NCBI GenBank assembly: GCA_903847585.1
Contig: CAINEC010000193.1
Coordinates: forward strand, 52,507-116,506
DNA: 64,000 bases
Reading direction: 5' to 3'
Source of the DNA: an uncultured Bacteroidota bacterium
GTDB taxonomy: Bacteria > Bacteroidota > Bacteroidia > AKYH767-A > OLB10
In this document: positions 60,192 to 64,000 of the stretch, in pieces
Layout: each line of letters starts with the position of its first letter
Numbering within the stretch: the stretch's first letter is position 1
Notes under the pieces: model-generated
Databases searched by the model: none
What the model saw: only the letters and a program-made list of their open reading frames with translations
What the model was told of the DNA's origin: nothing
Translations under genes and position numbers: made by a program

Positions 60192-62093
60192 TTATTCAGC
60201 CGTTTCTAGTTCAACATTTTCTTTTTCTTCTAATGGCTCTAATTCTTCTTCTATACGAAGATTACTTATAATAAACTCCTGACGATCGGGAGTATTTTTA
60301 CCCATGTAATAATCTAACAAGCTATGCAATGATGATTCACCTTGCAAAGTAACAGGGTCGAGACGAATTTTCTTTCCAATAAAGTTCTTAAACTCATCAG
60401 GAGAAATTTCTCCGAGTCCCTTAAATCGTGTAATCTCTGGTTTCGCACCCAACTTTTGAATAGCCAGCTGACGTTCCATATCACTGTAACAATAAATAGT
60501 TTCTTTTTTATTACGCACACGGAATAACGGCGTTTGTAAAATGTAAACGTGATTATTCTTTACTAATTCAGGGAAGAACTGTAAGAAGAAAGTGAGTAGC
60601 AACAAACGAATATGCATACCATCCACATCGGCATCGGTTGCAATTACAATTCTGTTGTAACGTAACGTTTCTAAACCATCTTCAATGTTAAGTGCATTCT
60701 GTAAAAGGTTAAACTCTTCGTTTTCGTAAACAATCTTTTTTGTTAATCCGAAACAATTAAGCGGCTTTCCTTTCAAGCTAAACACCGCTTGCGTATTTAC
60801 ATCACGTGCAATCGTAATAGAACCAGAAGCTGAATCACCCTCGGTAATAAATAACGTAGTATTCATTCTTTCGGGGTTACGCATATCCGTTAGATGTGCA
60901 CGACAATCGCGAAGTTTTTTATTATGAAGGTTTGCTTTCTTCGCTCTTTCGTTTGCGAGCTTTTTAATTCCAGCTATTTCTTTTCTTTCTCTTTCACTTT
61001 GAAGAATCTTCTTCTTCCAAGCTTCAGCTGTTTCAGGATGCTTATGTAAATAATTATCTAATTGATTACTTACAAAGTCAACGATCCACGTTCGAAGTGA
61101 TGGTCCACCTGGATGCGTATTTTGAGAACCTAATTTTGTTTTTGTTTGCGATTCAAACACGGGCTCTTGAATACGCACGCTGATTGCACCGGTAATTGAC
61201 GTACGAACATCTGCAGGATCAAAATCTTTTCCGTAGAAGTCGCGTGCTGTTTTTACCAATGCCTCGCGGAAAGCTGCTAAGTGAGTACCACCTTGTGTTG
61301 TATGTTGTCCGTTAACGAATGAATAATAATCTTCTCCGTAAGCAGTTGTATGCGTAAACGCAATCTCAATGTCCTTCGAACGTAAATGAATGACAGGATA
61401 TAATGGTTCATCGCTGATATGCGTATTCAACAAATCAAGTAATCCATTTTCCGATCTGAATTCTTGTCCGTTAAAAACGATTGTTAAACCAACATTCAAA
61501 AACGTATAGTTACGCACCATCGTTTCGATGTAATCCATGCGATAATGGTAATCCGTAAAAATATCACCATCACAATCGAATGATACTTCAGTACCATCTG
61601 ATAAATCAGTTGGCAATTCATGTTTCGTTTTTGTCAACTCTCCTCTCTCGAATTCTGCCCATGTTGTTTTACCCTGACGAACCGCTTGCACTCTGAAATA
61701 AGAAGAAAGGGCATTAACGGCTTTCGTACCTACTCCATTCAAACCAACCGACTTTTGGAAAGCCTGACTATCGTATTTACCACCTGTATTAATTTTTGAA
61801 ACGCACTCTACTACTTTTCCCAGGGGAATTCCACGACCATAATCACGAACACGGCAACGGCCTTCTTTTACTTCAATTTCAATCTTTTTACCATACCCCA
61901 TCACATATTCATCGATACAATTATCAACTACCTCTTTCAACAAAACATAGATACCATCATCTTTACTTGAACCATCACCTAACTTACCGATATACATTCC
62001 AGGACGTAAGCGGATGTGTTGCTTCCAGTCAAGACTTTGGATACTATCTTCGGTATAATTATGGTCAATAGTTAATTCGTTCTTTTTCGCCAT
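60192..62093 (-). CDS. parE: DNA topoisomerase IV subunit B
   Basis: [34 protein letters not shown]. Confidence 0.94.
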   Translation of the reverse strand: MAKKNELTIDHNYTEDSIQSLDWKQHIRLRPGMYIGKLGDGSSKDDGIYVLLKEVVDNCIDEYVMGYGKKIEIEVKEGRCRVRDYGRGIPLGKVVECVSKINTGGKYDSQAFQKSVGLNGVGTKAVNALSSYFRVQAVRQGKTTWAEFERGELTKTKHELPTDLSDGTEVSFDCDGDIFTDYHYRMDYIETMVRNYTFLNVGLTIVFNGQEFRSENGLLDLLNTHISDEPLYPVIHLRSKDIEIAFTHTTAYGEDYYSFVNGQHTTQGGTHLAAFREALVKTARDFYGKDFDPADVRTSITGAISVRIQEPVFESQTKTKLGSQNTHPGGPSLRTWIVDFVSNQLDNYLHKHPETAEAWKKKILQSERERKEIAGIKKLANERAKKANLHNKKLRDCRAHLTDMRNPERMNTTLFITEGDSASGSITIARDVNTQAVFSLKGKPLNCFGLTKKIVYENEEFNLLQNALNIEDGLETLRYNRIVIATDADVDGMHIRLLLLTFFLQFFPELVKNNHVYILQTPLFRVRNKKETIYCYSDMERQLAIQKLGAKPEITRFKGLGEISPDEFKNFIGKKIRLDPVTLQGESSLHSLLDYYMGKNTPDRQEFIISNLRIEEELEPLEEKENVELETAE

Positions 62094-62289
62094 CTTAAAT
62101 CTTCAATTAAAATTAATTTTTGCAAAGGTCGTAAACTAACACGACACGCGTCTCAAATTTAGCAATTCCTCAAGGGGAAGTTACTAACCAAAACAGTAGT
62201 TTTTTAACATTATTGTTGTGAGAAAGCAGAATTTTTCCTGATTAAAAGGGGTAAATGATTGTGATACTACCAATCGAAATAAAGAAGCT

Positions 62290-64000
62290 TTACTCCACTA
62301 TTTCAAGGGGCTCAATCACTTCTAATGAATCGATTACCAAGGTATCAGGAGGCATGAGATAATTTTTGCATGCCTGCGAAAAATGCATCGGAAGGAAATT
62401 GGTATCCACCTCTGCCGCAGCTATTTTCTCACGCGTAACCAAACGATTAGCAATCATTTTATAATAGTTCTTCATCGAATTCGAGAAAGCACCTGTAGAG
62501 TCGAATGCCGATTTATAATATTTAGGATGAGGAATAATGCTTGAAAGGAAACACGATTCCTGTAAGTTTAGCGCTGATGCTGGCTTTTCGAAGTAATAAT
62601 TCGAGGCTTCACCAATACCATAAACATTTGGTCCCCACTCGATAATATTCAAATAGACCTCAAACATTCTTTCTTTTGAAACCAATCGATTACGCTCTAT
62701 GAGCCATACAATCAAAACCTCTTCAAGCTTACGTGCAATTGTTTTATTACGACTCAAGAAAACATTTTTGACAAGCTGCATAGAGATAGTACTACCGCCG
62801 CGCACGAATCTACCCTTCTTAAAATTGGTAGCAATTGATTGTTTAAAGGCTTCCTCTACAAATCCACCATGATTGAAGAAACTAGGATCTTCGGATGTAA
62901 GTACACAGTTTTGAAGATAAGGAGAGATGCCAGCAAGCGGAACAAAACTCGGATTTTCAGGTCCAACGAGAAAAGAACGAACAGGTCGACTTCCATCCAT
63001 AGCTGTGAACGAAAACGAAGTATTCATTTTTGTAAATCCGCCATTACCCCAACTCGTTACACTAAATTTACTAGGTGTAAGTTTCGAATCAAAGTCGAGT
63101 AAGTCTGGCTTATCGAAAGGCAAGTGAAAGCGTAACGAATAGGCTAATCCCCCATTCGCTTTAAAGCCTACAAACGAGGAGAACATTCCCGAAGGCAATG
63201 CATCAAATAGTGACTGAGCCTGAGGAGCATCGAAGCCTGCGTTTAATGTCAAATAACCTTTTTTACCTCTAGCATATGTTGTCTGAAAATTCACTAACAG
63301 TTTATTGACTGAAAAGAATGTTGGACTAGCGGTATAGACACTATCCTCTGAAAAGTTTAAATTGAATTGCGCCGCCATTGCAGGAATAACTACGTTTTCG
63401 GGTGAAATTCTCCAATGATTAACGAGGAAATTATCCATTGAAAAAATAACAGAGAATGGAACATTATTTTCACTGATATCTGCTTTTAATTTAATATTGG
63501 CTTTATCGAAACAAAATTTAAATCCGTCATACAAATCAACAAACGGTAATGCAACAACGTTAGATGACTTACGCACCATTGAAAAATCATACTCCCCTTC
63601 TGATGCATTAGCTGTACCAACAATTTGCCAATCCGATTTTCCTTCTTTGGAATTCATTACCAATGAAGAATTAAATTTCTCTCCATCAAAATTCAGCAAT
63701 GGTAAATCAAGTGATTCAACAACATCGTTTTTCTGATAGGATAAATGAAAATTTTCTAAAGTGATTTCCTCATTAAACAAATCATTAATCTTTTCATAAA
63801 CAGAAGCAAAGCGTTCATTGAGTCCTATTGAATTATCTTTTACTGACTGATCTTCTTTTTTACTATCACTTTTCAAAAAGATAGAATAATTATCGATTGA
63901 ATCTTTTTTGACTAAAGTAATGGATACTCCTTGCGCTACCAATGAACGAGTTGTTACTTTACCAACTAACAATTTCGACAATCTGATTTTCGCACTTAGA
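62290..64000 (-). CDS. Peptidoglycan transglycosylase (GT51) domain protein; 5' end lies outside the window
   Basis: SEDPSFFNHGG, GGSTISMQLVKN, RKLEE, YLNIIEWG. Confidence 0.88.
   Translation of the reverse strand, partial: LSAKIRLSKLLVGKVTTRSLVAQGVSITLVKKDSIDNYSIFLKSDSKKEDQSVKDNSIGLNERFASVYEKINDLFNEEITLENFHLSYQKNDVVESLDLPLLNFDGEKFNSSLVMNSKEGKSDWQIVGTANASEGEYDFSMVRKSSNVVALPFVDLYDGFKFCFDKANIKLKADISENNVPFSVIFSMDNFLVNHWRISPENVVIPAMAAQFNLNFSEDSVYTASPTFFSVNKLLVNFQTTYARGKKGYLTLNAGFDAPQAQSLFDALPSGMFSSFVGFKANGGLAYSLRFHLPFDKPDLLDFDSKLTPSKFSVTSWGNGGFTKMNTSFSFTAMDGSRPVRSFLVGPENPSFVPLAGISPYLQNCVLTSEDPSFFNHGGFVEEAFKQSIATNFKKGRFVRGGSTISMQLVKNVFLSRNKTIARKLEEVLIVWLIERNRLVSKERMFEVYLNIIEWGPNVYGIGEASNYYFEKPASALNLQESCFLSSIIPHPKYYKSAFDSTGAFSNSMKNYYKMIANRLVTREKIAAAEVDTNFLPMHFSQACKNYLMPPDTLVIDSLEVIEPLEIVE

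Overview
AT-rich Bacteroidota chromosomal window. The assignment rests on TAnnTTTG -7 promoter boxes, a T9SS C-terminal domain, TamB next to tsaD, and Bacteroidota-type parE/parC. Positions 1-18.4 kb hold a dense block of cell-envelope genes: an APC permease, an M15 DD-carboxypeptidase, SH3, LysM and SPOR-like proteins, two CotH-family kinases, a GDPD broken by one in-frame TGA, a NAGPA-type phosphodiester glycosidase, GH73, an acyltransferase and CapA. Two of these proteins carry an internal lipoprotein signal peptide after a TM helix, and one of them joins a CotH kinase to a non-canonical PTP-fold domain and LysM. Positions 18-35 kb are mostly housekeeping and polysaccharide genes. Positions 35-43 kb are two tandem paralogous Cys-rich surface proteins with different C-termini. 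At 43.3-44.7 kb, tRNA-Met is followed by a 59-aa PID-CTERM micro-protein that the ORF track missed, then an exosortase and a partner membrane protein. The rest is dnaK with a sigma54-type promoter and TGTCA boxes, a candidate AT-hook nucleoid protein, tamB, tsaD, an RsmB-like gene, parC, parE and a transglycosylase. No CRISPR array, IS element or prophage was seen. All calls are from manual motif reading; no searches were run.
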